Of a DNA stretch of 64,000 bases, positions 8,905 to 18,313 are shown in pieces. Origin of the DNA: Acidimicrobiales bacterium (GTDB taxonomy: Bacteria; Actinomycetota; Acidimicrobiia; Acidimicrobiales; Aldehydirespiratoraceae); assembly GCA_022425325.1 (NCBI GenBank), contig JAKMFW010000015.1, forward strand, positions 15,937 to 79,936, read 5' to 3'. How positions within the stretch are numbered: the stretch's first letter is position 1; every line of letters begins with the position of its first letter. Both the position numbers and the translations under genes were made by a program. The notes beneath the pieces are model-generated. The model was not told the DNA's origin and did not search any database. It worked only from the letters and a program-made list of their open reading frames with translations.

Positions 8905-10266
8905 CTAGGCGCCGGAGCCGCCGCCCAGGGTCAGACCATCGAGAACCAAGGAGGGCACCAGAGTGCCGCCCGGTTGACGTTCGAGATCGGCACCGACACG
9001 AGCCACGTCGAGCAGCATCCGAGGGATGGCACCGGCGAGTGTGCCCTCGCGGATCGGTTCGGCGAGTTCACCATTGCGGATGACAACACCCTCGACACCG
9101 ACCGAGAAGTCGCCGCTGACAGCGTTCACACCACTGTGCAGGCCCTGCAGCGAGGCGATGAGCAACCCGTCGTCGATCAAGGCGATGAACGCGTCAAGGT
9201 CACCCTCACCAGGGCCGACCGACAACGACCGGTGACCGGGGCTGGGCGTGCCGCGCACGGACCGGAGTGCAGAGCCGGTCGACGACACCCCGAGACCACG
9301 GGCACTGCGAGCGTCGTGAAGGAAGCCCTGCAGGACGCCCTCCGAGATCAGCGGAACACGCCGACAGGCGAGACCTTCGCCGTCGAAGGCCGAGGCGCTG
9401 AGCGAGTCGGGGTCGGTGGGGTCGTCGAACATCGTGAGCGCCTCGGTGGCGATGGCCTCGCCGACACGGTCACCGAAGGGGGTGCGGCCCTTCACCACCA
9501 GCTCGCCCGAGAGCATGCCGGCGACGATGCCGAGAATCGTTGCGGTGAATCGAGGCTCGAGGACCACCAGTGGTCGACCGGTGGTGGGGGGTCCGGCGCC
9601 CAGAAGACGGACACCCCGCTCGACCGCGAGCCGGGCGACCTCCTCGATGTCGAGCAACTGCGGCGCCGCGGCAGCGTCGCCTGCATAGCCGGTGCGGGTG
9701 GAGCCGTCGGGATCGTCGATGAGCGGCTGTGTGCCGATCGATGCCGATGCCCCGCGATCCCAGCCGTCGATCCCAGCCGTGGAGACGATGGCGCTCTCAC
9801 CGCGGGAGTCGGCGTACATCGAGGTGCGGACGCCTCGAACCCGAGGATCGGCGCCCCGGGTGGCGGCTTCGAGCGCAACCGCGATCGCAACCTTGTCGTC
9901 GACCGAGGTCGCCTCGATGCGATCGTCCCAGGGATCAATGTCGGCGGCGTCGACGCCGTCGGGTTCGGCAAGGCCGACCCGATCATCGGGTTCGGCGAAC
10001 GACATGTTGTCGCGGGCCTCGGCAAGAAGTGTGTCGATCACGTCGGGATCCCACGAGCCTGCGTGGGCGAGCCCTTCCCGTCCATCGCGGATCACCCGAA
10101 CACCGACACCGCGACTCTCAGCGACGGTGAGCGACTCAACCTCGCCGTCGTAGACACGGATCTCGGTGCGCACCGACGAACCGGCACACACCTCCACCTG
10201 TTCGCCGGCTTCAGCTCGACCCACGAGCGCGCGGGCAAGACGCCGGGATTCGGGGATCTCCCCCAT
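8905..10266 (-). CDS. TldE/PmbA-family protein, paralogue 2 (no HExxxH)
   Basis: ORF 8905..10332. ATG 10266 overlaps the upstream TGA by 1 nt. PmbA_TldD family blocks are present (GVGVRVI.DGR.G, SAFDGEG, GLHSGVN.VSGDFS.G). No metal-binding motif is visible. Confidence 0.8.
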   Translation of the reverse strand: MGEIPESRRLARALVGRAEAGEQVEVCAGSSVRTEIRVYDGEVESLTVAESRGVGVRVIRDGREGLAHAGSWDPDVIDTLLAEARDNMSFAEPDDRVGLAEPDGVDAADIDPWDDRIEATSVDDKVAIAVALEAATRGADPRVRGVRTSMYADSRGESAIVSTAGIDGWDRGASASIGTQPLIDDPDGSTRTGYAGDAAAAPQLLDIEEVARLAVERGVRLLGAGPPTTGRPLVVLEPRFTATILGIVAGMLSGELVVKGRTPFGDRVGEAIATEALTMFDDPTDPDSLSASAFDGEGLACRRVPLISEGVLQGFLHDARSARGLGVSSTGSALRSVRGTPSPGHRSLSVGPGEGDLDAFIALIDDGLLIASLQGLHSGVNAVSGDFSVGVEGVVIRNGELAEPIREGTLAGAIPRMLLDVARVGADLERQPGGTLVPSLVLDGLTLGGGSGA

Positions 10267-11609
10267 CACGCGCCCGACATGGTGACGTCGCCCACGACGA
10301 GCGAGACGCCCGCCGAACTCATCGGCAGCCACTGGAGGTCATCGCCGATACCGGTGACCTCCTGGAGCAGGCGTTGGACGGTCGACGCGATGGTGACTTC
10401 ACGGATCGGTTCGGCGAGTTCGCCGTCACGGATGCGCAGCCCCTCGGCCCCGGTGGAGAAATCACCCGATACCGGGTTGACCCCCGAGTGGAGCCCGGAG
10501 ACGCCCTGGACGAGGAAGCCGTTGTCAATGCCGGCGATCAGTTCGGACTGGCTCTGCGTCCCGGGGAGGAGCGTGAGCGCCTGGGCGCCGACGGACGGTC
10601 CGCTCTTGAAGCCGCCTCGGACGGCCGACCCGGTCGAGGACGAACCGGCACGACGGGCGGAATACGCATTGTGCAGGAAGGCCTGCAGTTCGCCGTCGAC
10701 GATCAAGGGGGTGCGGCGGGTAGCGATGCCCTCGCCGTCGAGGGCGCTCGCCGTGAACGCCGCCGGGTCGGTGGCATCATCGACAAGGGTGATCATCGGG
10801 TTGGCGACGACGTCGCCGAGTCGGTCGGCGAACATCGAGCGGCCCTTCAACACCGCTTCGCCGGTGAGGGTGTGACCGACGATGCCAAGGAACTGAGCGG
10901 TCACCCACGGGTCGAACACGACCGTGAGCCGCTCGCTCCCCGGCTTGGATGCCCCAAGAAGCCGGGTGGCGCGGTCAGCCGCATCGGCGGCGGCGATGGC
11001 CGGGTCGAGCTCGCTCGGGTCGCGGCCGATCGAGAACCCGAAACCGGTCTGGGTCTCGCCATCGGCTTCGGCGAGCGTGTACACGGAGACGTAGCAACCG
11101 GTCTCGCGGGCCGCAGCGGCGATACCCGTCGAGGTGGCAACCGCCGACTCGTACGCAGTGTCGATGTATTCGGCCGACTCGATGCCCGAGATCCGGGTGT
11201 CGGCTGCGAGCGCCGCCCGCTCGAGCTCGATCGCCAGGGCGATCTTTTCCTCGGTCGGGAACGCCCCCACGGCGTCGCTCCACAGTTCGAGCGACGCCGG
11301 TTCGACGCTGTCGGGCACGGCGAGCCCGTTGAACTCGTCGGGTTCGGCGAACGAGGCGTTGTCACGGGCCTCGCGGAGGGTCTCCTGCAGCGCGGTGTCG
11401 TCGAGGGTGCCGGCATAGGCGTAGCCCTGCTTGCCGTCGACGATGACCCGGACACCGACACCCTGAGACTCCGCTCGGGTGAACGACTCGACCTCGCCCT
11501 CGTAGGCGCGGACCTCGGTCTCGGTCTCGTGGACGACGAACGCTTCGACCTGCTCGCCGTCGTTGGCCCACCCGGCAACGCGGGTGGCGATGTCAAGGAG
11601 TTCCGACAT
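10266..11609 (-). CDS. TldE/PmbA-family protein, paralogue 1 (no HExxxH)
   Basis: 447 aa with blocks GVGVRVIVDGKQGYAY, SALDGEGIATR and GLHSGVNPVSGDFSTGAEG. The start lies 3 nt after the tldD stop. Confidence 0.85.
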   Translation of the reverse strand: MSELLDIATRVAGWANDGEQVEAFVVHETETEVRAYEGEVESFTRAESQGVGVRVIVDGKQGYAYAGTLDDTALQETLREARDNASFAEPDEFNGLAVPDSVEPASLELWSDAVGAFPTEEKIALAIELERAALAADTRISGIESAEYIDTAYESAVATSTGIAAAARETGCYVSVYTLAEADGETQTGFGFSIGRDPSELDPAIAAADAADRATRLLGASKPGSERLTVVFDPWVTAQFLGIVGHTLTGEAVLKGRSMFADRLGDVVANPMITLVDDATDPAAFTASALDGEGIATRRTPLIVDGELQAFLHNAYSARRAGSSSTGSAVRGGFKSGPSVGAQALTLLPGTQSQSELIAGIDNGFLVQGVSGLHSGVNPVSGDFSTGAEGLRIRDGELAEPIREVTIASTVQRLLQEVTGIGDDLQWLPMSSAGVSLVVGDVTMSGA

Positions 11610-11612
11610 GGA

Positions 11613-13004
11613 TCAGGCGGCCGTACCGCCGACGGTGAGCGACGTGACCCGAAGCGTCGGGGTGCCGTCGCCGACCGGAACACCTTGGCCGTCCTTGCCG
11701 CACGTGCCGGGTGACCCCATCGCGAAGTCGTGGCCGAGCCGGTCGATGCGGGTGAGCACCTCCGGACCGTTGCCGATCAGGTTGCCCTCACGGATCGGGT
11801 CGGTGATCTCGCCGTTTTCGATCAGGTAGGCCTCAGTCATGCCGAAAACGAAATCGCCGGTGGCGGTGTTGACCTGCCCGCCGCCGAGCTGCGCCACGTA
11901 CACACCGGAGTCGGTGTCGGCGATGATCGCCTCGGGGTCGTCGTGGCCAGCGGTGATGTAGGTGTTGGTCATCCGCACCATCGGGAGGTGCTGGTAGCTC
12001 TGGCGGCGGCCGTTGCCCGAGGACAGACGACCCTCCTTACGAGCCCGGAGCTGGTCCCACATGTAGTCGGTGAGCACACCGTCCTGAATCAAGACGTTGT
12101 GACCGGCAGGACGGCCCTCGTCGTCGATGGCGAAGTAGCCCCACTCGCCCGCCATGGTGCCGTCGTCGATGAGCGTGACCAGCGGGGAGGCGACCTGCTC
12201 GCCGACACGGTTCGCGAAGACCGACGCCCCCTTGCCGACCAGGTCAGCTTCGAGACCGTGACCACACGCCTCGTGGAACAGCACGCCGCCGCCACCGGGG
12301 CCGACCACAACGGGAACCGCGCCGGACGGAGCCGGGCGGGCGGAGAGCTTCGTGATGGCACGCTCGGCGGCGCGTCGACCCATCTCCTCGACATCCGCCT
12401 CATCGAACAATTCGAAGCCGACGGTGCGACCGGTCGACTCTCGCCCGGTCTGCAGACCGGTGTCGCCGCTCGCAACACACGACACCGAGAAGAGCGTGCG
12501 GACCTGGTCGTCCTCGGCGAGCACACCATCGGAGTTGGCGACCAGGATGCGGCGACGGGAGTCGCCGTAGCGGGCCGACACCTGAGAGATCGCGCTGCCC
12601 TGGGCCCGAGCGGCCTCGTTGGCGAGCGTGAGCAGGCCGACCTTGGTCGCTTTGGCGACGCCCTCAGGCGGGATTCGAACCGGGACCGAACGTTCGACAT
12701 CGATCGGCGAGACGGCGACGACCTTCGCCCCACCCCCGCCACCGCGAGCCGCGGCAGCAGCAGCCTCGGCGGCGGCCGACAGCCCCGCCTCGGAGAGGTC
12801 GGCGGTGTGAGCGAAACCCGTGGTGTCGCCAACGACAACCCGGATGCCGGCGCCTCGATCACGCCCACTGGTTAGTTCCTCGACCCGTCCGTCGTCGAGC
12901 ACCGCCGACGAGGAGCGCTTGTCCTCGACGAACACTTCGGCGAATTCGCCGCCGGTTCGCATCGCAGTGGACAGGGTGCGGTTGATGAGCTCGTGGTCGA
13001 GCAC
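11613..13004 (-). CDS. tldD: metalloprotease TldD
   Basis: 463 aa. Contains the metal site VLFHEACGHGLEADL (HExxxH) and the C-terminal GxC...GQ block (GSPGTCGKDGQGVPVG). GTG start preceded by a GGAGG Shine-Dalgarno sequence. Confidence 0.9.
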   Translation of the reverse strand: MLDHELINRTLSTAMRTGGEFAEVFVEDKRSSSAVLDDGRVEELTSGRDRGAGIRVVVGDTTGFAHTADLSEAGLSAAAEAAAAAARGGGGGAKVVAVSPIDVERSVPVRIPPEGVAKATKVGLLTLANEAARAQGSAISQVSARYGDSRRRILVANSDGVLAEDDQVRTLFSVSCVASGDTGLQTGRESTGRTVGFELFDEADVEEMGRRAAERAITKLSARPAPSGAVPVVVGPGGGGVLFHEACGHGLEADLVGKGASVFANRVGEQVASPLVTLIDDGTMAGEWGYFAIDDEGRPAGHNVLIQDGVLTDYMWDQLRARKEGRLSSGNGRRQSYQHLPMVRMTNTYITAGHDDPEAIIADTDSGVYVAQLGGGQVNTATGDFVFGMTEAYLIENGEITDPIREGNLIGNGPEVLTRIDRLGHDFAMGSPGTCGKDGQGVPVGDGTPTLRVTSLTVGGTAA

Positions 13005-13103
13005 GGCGCCTCCGGAGAAGAGCGGACAGGACTCGCCAGACTATCCCCGAGCTCGGCCCTACTCGCCCGTCGGGCCGGCCCCACTGGGTTACGCTCTCCG
13101 CCC

Positions 13104-13931
13104 ATGTCCGACGCCGGCGACGACACCACCGACGACGCCGCCCCCCTTCGTTGGTGGGTCGAGATCGGGCTGACGGTTGCGTTCTATGTCGTGTACTCGG
13201 CAATTCGGAACCAGTTCGGCTCGGCGCTCGGCGACTCGGTTCGGGACGCGTCGTTCCGCAACGCCGAACGCATCATCGACATCGAGCAGGCGATGGGGCT
13301 CTATGTCGAAGAGTGGATCCACAACACCTTCCTTGCGTGGGACTGGTTCATCGTCTTCTGGAACGTCTTCTACGGCACGTTCCACTTCGCGGTGACCATC
13401 GGCGCAATGGTGCTGCTGTTCGCCCGCCATCCCGAGCGCTACACGTTCATGCGGTCGACCCTTGCGGCCACCACCGGTGTCGCGCTCGTCGGCTTTGCGT
13501 TCTTCCCCCTGATGCCGCCCCGACTGCTCGGCAACTGCACCTCGCAGTTCGGGGCGTGCGAGGACGGCTTCGACTACACCGACACCCTGGTCGATCCCGG
13601 CGGCCTCTGGTCCTTCGAGTCCGGCACCATGGAAACCATCAGCAACCAATACGCCGCAATGCCGAGCCTGCACATCGCCTGGGCCATCTGGTGCACCGTG
13701 GCGCTGTACCCGGTGCTGCACCGGCGTTGGGCCCGGGCCCTGATCGTGGCCTACCCGGTCGCAACCATGTTTGCGATCGTCGTCACGGCGAATCACTTCT
13801 GGCTTGATGCCGTCGGCGGCGTGATCGCCCTCGGTGTCGGCCTGAAGGTTGCACCCCGCCTGACCCGGCTCTTGCCGGGTCCGAGCGGTACCCTTCCGGG
13901 TGATGTTGCTCGACGCCCTCAGCGGGCCTGA
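13104..13931 (+). CDS. PAP2-superfamily membrane protein, Aur1/sphingomyelin-synthase-like (C2 and C3 motifs only)
   Basis: ORF 12993..13931. ATG 13104 (MSDAGDD...). Polytopic. PSLH and HFWLD motifs are present (SxH and HxxxD) but no KxxxxxxRP C1 motif. TACGCT box 8 nt upstream of the ATG. Confidence 0.7.
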   Translation: MSDAGDDTTDDAAPLRWWVEIGLTVAFYVVYSAIRNQFGSALGDSVRDASFRNAERIIDIEQAMGLYVEEWIHNTFLAWDWFIVFWNVFYGTFHFAVTIGAMVLLFARHPERYTFMRSTLAATTGVALVGFAFFPLMPPRLLGNCTSQFGACEDGFDYTDTLVDPGGLWSFESGTMETISNQYAAMPSLHIAWAIWCTVALYPVLHRRWARALIVAYPVATMFAIVVTANHFWLDAVGGVIALGVGLKVAPRLTRLLPGPSGTLPGDVARRPQRA

Positions 13932-15750
13932 CGACCTTCGCGGCCGCTCCCTCGAGGAGCTTGACGATCTCGCCGACCAGATTCGCGAGCTGATCATCGA
14001 CTCGGTGAACGACCACGGTGGCCATCTCGGATCGAATCTCGGTGCCGTCGAGCTCTCGATCGCGCTGCACCGGGTCTTCCGGTCGCCCCATGACCTCATC
14101 CTCTGGGACACCGGCCACCAGGCGTACGTGCACAAGATCCTCACCGGCCGGGCACGCGACTTCACCAACCTGCGCGAGGGCGGCGGCCTGTCCGGCTACC
14201 CGAACCGCAGCGAGTCCGAGCACGACTGGATCGAGAACTCCCACGCATCGACCGTCCTGAGCTACGCCCACGGGCTCGCCACGGCCTTCGAGGCCGCCGA
14301 TGCCCGTCGACGCATCGTGGCGGTGATCGGCGACGGCGCCATGACCGGTGGCATGGCCTTCGAGGGCCTCAACAATCTCGGCCATGCTGGCAGCGACGTC
14401 ACGATCGTTCTCAACGACAACGGTCGCTCCTACGCCCCCACCGTCTCTCGACTGTCCGAGAGCCTGGTGAAGATCCGCAACAACCCGATCTATATGCGCC
14501 GCCAGGCCAAGATCGAGGAGATCGCCGAGCGCATCCCCTGGGTCGGCGAGCAGATCGGCCGAGGTGTGCGCATGTCGAAAGCGGCGGTGCGCGAGATGTG
14601 GGAGCCGTCGGCGTTTTTCGAGGATCTCGGCGTCCGCTACATGGGCCCCTTCGACGGTCACGACATCGCCTCAATGGAAGAGGCCTTCGAGAACGCCGCC
14701 GAGTTCGACGGGCCTGTCGTCGTCCATGTGCTCACCCAGAAGGGCAAGGGATTCGCTCCCGCCGAACAGGACGAGATCAAGGCGATGCACGATGCCAAGC
14801 CCGGCCTCGCCGACAACGGCGGTGCCGCCAAGACCGGCTCTTACACCGCAGCGTTCTCCGAGACCCTCGTGAAGCTCGGCGACCAGCACCCCGAGCTCGT
14901 GGCGATCACCGCCGCCATGCCCGACTCCACCGGTCTCCTGCCGTTCCGCGACCGGTTCCCCGATCGATGCATCGATGTCGGCATCGCCGAGCAGCACGCC
15001 GTCACGGCGGCAGCCGGAATGGCGATGGGTGGCCTCCGCCCGCTCGTCGCCGTCTACTCGACCTTCCTCACCCGGGCGATCGACCAGGTCAACCTCGATG
15101 TCGGCCTGCACGGCCTCCCGGTGATCTTCTGTCTCGACCGCGCCGGTATCACCGGCCCCGACGGTGCGAGTCATCACGGTGTGCTCGATCTCGTGCTCCT
15201 CACGAAGGTCCCGGGCATGACGGTGTTCGCCCCGTCGAGTTACCAGGAACTCGAGCAGATGCTCGAGGACGCCATGGACATCACGACCGGCCCGGTTGCG
15301 ATCCGTTGGTCGCGCGGAGCGGCCGCCCACGCCGAGCACGGCGACGTCGGCTCAGGGCTATCCGCTCGCAAGATCCGAGCCGGCGACGGCCGCGTCGCAC
15401 TGCTCGGCTTCGGCCAGATGCTTCCCGCAGCCGAGAAGGCAGCGGCGATCCTCGCCACCGAAGGCATCGACGCCACCGTCTACGACCCGCGGGTCGTGCT
15501 CCCACTCGATCCCGCCATGATCGACGACATCGCCGGTCACGACTGTGTCGTCTCGGTCGAGGACGGGCTCCGCATGGGCGGCGCAGGTGCCGAGGTGAGA
15601 GACGCGCTCGGCGAACGCGGCGCCTCGTGCCGAGTCCGAGTGCTCGGCGTGCCCACCGAATACATCCCGCACGACGACCCCGACGTCATTCACGCTCGGT
15701 TCGGACTCGACGGCGAGGGCATCGCCGCCAGCGTGCGCGCTCTGCTCTGA
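13903..15750 (+). CDS. dxs: 1-deoxy-D-xylulose-5-phosphate synthase
   Basis: ORF 13900..15750, taking ATG 13903. N-terminus MLLDALSGPDDLRGRSLEELDDLADQIRELII, GGHLGSNLGAVEL, the TPP motif GDGAMTGGMAFEGLNN and IAEQHAVT. Overlaps the PAP2 3' end by 29 nt. Confidence 0.93.
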   Translation: MLLDALSGPDDLRGRSLEELDDLADQIRELIIDSVNDHGGHLGSNLGAVELSIALHRVFRSPHDLILWDTGHQAYVHKILTGRARDFTNLREGGGLSGYPNRSESEHDWIENSHASTVLSYAHGLATAFEAADARRRIVAVIGDGAMTGGMAFEGLNNLGHAGSDVTIVLNDNGRSYAPTVSRLSESLVKIRNNPIYMRRQAKIEEIAERIPWVGEQIGRGVRMSKAAVREMWEPSAFFEDLGVRYMGPFDGHDIASMEEAFENAAEFDGPVVVHVLTQKGKGFAPAEQDEIKAMHDAKPGLADNGGAAKTGSYTAAFSETLVKLGDQHPELVAITAAMPDSTGLLPFRDRFPDRCIDVGIAEQHAVTAAAGMAMGGLRPLVAVYSTFLTRAIDQVNLDVGLHGLPVIFCLDRAGITGPDGASHHGVLDLVLLTKVPGMTVFAPSSYQELEQMLEDAMDITTGPVAIRWSRGAAAHAEHGDVGSGLSARKIRAGDGRVALLGFGQMLPAAEKAAAILATEGIDATVYDPRVVLPLDPAMIDDIAGHDCVVSVEDGLRMGGAGAEVRDALGERGASCRVRVLGVPTEYIPHDDPDVIHARFGLDGEGIAASVRALL

Positions 15751-15757
15751 TCGTTCT

Positions 15758-15774
15758 CGCCCGGCAGGCGGGCG
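15758..15774. terminator. candidate bidirectional hairpin between convergent dxs and nfu-like genes
   Basis: CGCCCG-GCAGG-CGGGCG (6-bp GC stem) sits centred in the 27-nt gap. No U-tract. Confidence 0.4.
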
Positions 15775-15777
15775 GAC

Positions 15778-16410
15778 TCAGGTGTAGTAGGGGTTCTCAC
15801 CCTGCTCGTGATCGGTGGTGTCGACCACTTCGGTGATCTCCGGCACCGCCTCGAGAATCGCTCGCTGAATGCCCTCCTGCAGGGTCGCTGCGCTCATCGA
15901 GCATCCCTGGCAGCCGCCACCCATCGTGACGAACGCCTTCTCGCCCTCGACCCCGACGAGTTCGGCATAGCCACCGTGGGCGGCCAGCGCAGGGTTGATG
16001 CGCTCGGTCAGCAAGGTGCGCACCTTGTCGGCGGCGTCGCCGACAAGTTCGAGTTGTCCGAGGTCGCCCAGCGGGTTGGGGCGATTGGGGTTGCGGATCA
16101 CGAGACCGCCCTGGCCGGCGACCGACGGCAGGTCGAGCGTGGCGCCGCGCATCGCGTCGACACTGTTCGCCGGAATGATGACCGACAAGCCGTCGTTGGT
16201 GTGCACGAAGTCATCGTCGGCAGCCTCGGCCACCGGTTCGAGCGAGAGGTCGTAGGTGTAGTCGGCACCGTTGGCACCGGTGACCTCGACTCGCAGGCCC
16301 AAGAGCTCGGCGTCGTCCTCGTTGGACCGGATGTCGAGCACCGTCGCACGAGCGGCGTCGGTGACGATCATGATCTCCTCGGCGGTGTCAGCGGGGGCAG
16401 TGTCGGTCAT
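15778..16410 (-). CDS. NfuA-like Fe-S cluster carrier (IscA/HesB-like N-domain plus Nfu C-domain)
   Basis: 210 aa. The C-terminal block HGGYAELVGVEGEKAFVTMGGGCQGCSMSAATL carries the Nfu CxxC motif. Confidence 0.8.
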   Translation of the reverse strand: MTDTAPADTAEEIMIVTDAARATVLDIRSNEDDAELLGLRVEVTGANGADYTYDLSLEPVAEAADDDFVHTNDGLSVIIPANSVDAMRGATLDLPSVAGQGGLVIRNPNRPNPLGDLGQLELVGDAADKVRTLLTERINPALAAHGGYAELVGVEGEKAFVTMGGGCQGCSMSAATLQEGIQRAILEAVPEITEVVDTTDHEQGENPYYT

Positions 16411-16505
16411 GGTGTTCAGGCTAACGCCGCCTCGGCGCTGCGCATTCCCGCCGCGAACCGAGAACCCGCCACGTCCGGCGGCCCCGCTCTCGGAGGATCA
16501 CGTCG

Positions 16506-18269
16506 TCAGCCGATGCCGTCGATCTCCTCGAGTTCGGCCGAACGTTCGAGCCAGGCCTCCTCGGCCGCGGCGAGGGCCAGTTCCTGCGCAGCGAGCTCGG
16601 TGCCGACCCGGGCAATCGCCTCATGATCGGTTCCGGCACCCTCGAGTTCGTCACGGAGCGCAGCGACCACCGTTTCGAGCTTTGTGATGGCCTTCTCAGC
16701 GGTCTTGAGCTCGTGACGTACCGTGCTTCGGCTGCGATGTGCCACCTCGGACCGAGCCCGTGGCGCCGCACTCCCTTTTCCCGTCCCCGAGGTGTCGAGG
16801 GTCCGCACGTTCGACGAGCCCTCCCGGTCGGCGAGCCAGCCGGCGTAGCCGCCCGGCCAGCGCCGAGCACGGCCGTCGTCGATGACGAGCACGTCGTCGA
16901 CCGTGCGGTCGAGGAAGGCCCGGTCGTGGCTGATGGTCACCACCGCGCCGCGCCACGTGTCCAGGAATTCCTCCAACGCACGGAGGGTGTCGAGATCGAG
17001 GTCATTGGTGGGCTCATCGAGGAGCAACACGTTCGGTTTGGCCGACAACGTGAGTACCAGCTGAAGACGACGGCGCTCACCGCCCGACAACAGCTCGATC
17101 GGCGACTTCTGCACGTCGCTGTCGAACCAGAAGCGTTCGAGTAACTGTGTATCCCACCAGTCGGGTTCGGCGCCCTCACCGGCAACCGCCTGCCGGACCC
17201 GGAGCTGCGGATCGAGGTCGCGGCCTCGCTGGTCGTGCAGCCCAACCTGCACCGTCGGACCCTGGATCCGCTGCCCAGCGAGCGGCTCACGTCGACCTGC
17301 GATCACATCGAGCAGGGTCGACTTTCCGGAGCCGTTGGCGCCGACGATGCCGAGGCGCTCACGGCGGCCGAGCAGAAGATCGAGCCCCGTGACCAGCGGT
17401 GTCTCGTGGTCGTAACCGATCGTCACGTCGTGGAGTTCCACGACCTGGTCACCGAGCCTCGGCGTGCCCTTGTGCATCGAGTCGAGATCGAGGTCACCAT
17501 CCCGAGCGGCGGCTTGGGCTCGGGTGTTGATCAGCGCGGTGGCTCGCTCGATCCGGGCCTTGCTCTTTCGAGTGCGGGCCTTCGCCCCGGTGCGGAGCCA
17601 GGCGAGTTCCCGGCGAGCCAGATTCTGGCGGGTGTTCTCGGCTGCCGCAGCTCGTTCCTCGCGAGCGGCTCGTCCTTCGAGATATCCGTCGTAACCGCCC
17701 TCGTGAACATGGCTCGACCCTCGATCGAGCTCGAGCACACGGGTGGCGACCCGATCGAGCACGTAGCGATCATGGGTGACGATCACGAGCCCGCCCTTGA
17801 AGTGCTCGAGTTCGTGCTCCAGCCACTCGATCGCATCGACGTCGAGATGGTTGGTCGGCTCGTCGAGTACGAGCAGGTCGGCATCGGCGACCAGCGCTCT
17901 GGCCAACGAGACCCGCTTCTCCTGCCCGCCCGAGAGCTGGTCCACCGACCGGTCGATCACCTCCGCGAGGCCGAGGCGATGCAGCGCCGCCTCACCCCGC
18001 CAACCACCGCCGACCGCGTCGCGCACACTGCCGGACGGAAGGGTCGTGACCTGATCGACGGCGGCCATGGTGACACCACGGCCTCGACGAACCGCGCCGG
18101 TCTCCGGCTCGCGGGTGCCGGCGATGATCGACAGCAGGGTCGACTTGCCGGTGCCGTTGATGCCGACCACGCCCAGCCGGTCGCCGCTCGCTACCGTGAC
18201 GGAGACATCGGAGAACAGCGGCCGCAACGGGCGGCTCATGCTGACACGTTCGACGTCGACGAGGATCAC
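16506..18269 (-). CDS. ABC-F family ATPase (two ABC domains, no TM domain)
   Basis: ORF 16506..18383, with the probable start at GTG 18269 (VILVDVERVS...). Two Walker A motifs (GINGTGKST, GANGSGKST), two LSGG signatures, and a C-terminal coiled-coil tail. ATG 18239 is an alternative start. Confidence 0.88.
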   Translation of the reverse strand: MILVDVERVSMSRPLRPLFSDVSVTVASGDRLGVVGINGTGKSTLLSIIAGTREPETGAVRRGRGVTMAAVDQVTTLPSGSVRDAVGGGWRGEAALHRLGLAEVIDRSVDQLSGGQEKRVSLARALVADADLLVLDEPTNHLDVDAIEWLEHELEHFKGGLVIVTHDRYVLDRVATRVLELDRGSSHVHEGGYDGYLEGRAAREERAAAAENTRQNLARRELAWLRTGAKARTRKSKARIERATALINTRAQAAARDGDLDLDSMHKGTPRLGDQVVELHDVTIGYDHETPLVTGLDLLLGRRERLGIVGANGSGKSTLLDVIAGRREPLAGQRIQGPTVQVGLHDQRGRDLDPQLRVRQAVAGEGAEPDWWDTQLLERFWFDSDVQKSPIELLSGGERRRLQLVLTLSAKPNVLLLDEPTNDLDLDTLRALEEFLDTWRGAVVTISHDRAFLDRTVDDVLVIDDGRARRWPGGYAGWLADREGSSNVRTLDTSGTGKGSAAPRARSEVAHRSRSTVRHELKTAEKAITKLETVVAALRDELEGAGTDHEAIARVGTELAAQELALAAAEEAWLERSAELEEIDGIG

Positions 18270-18313
18270 GTGGCGCAGACTACGACCTACCCCCCAACCT
18301 CCCTCGAGGAACC

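Noticed and set aside
8974-10875. Very long ORFs antisense to, or out of frame with, the called genes. Examples: 8974..10875 (+, 633 aa), 26041..27693 (-, 550 aa), 42171..44267 (+, 698 aa), 44985..46658 (+, 557 aa), 47450..48991 (-, 513 aa), 72..1025 (-).
   Set aside because: These are typical shadow ORFs of a very GC-rich genome. Their translations are Arg/Gly/Pro/Asp-rich with no family motifs. The opposite or alternative frame in each case carries unmistakable conserved domains and the expected third-position GC bias.
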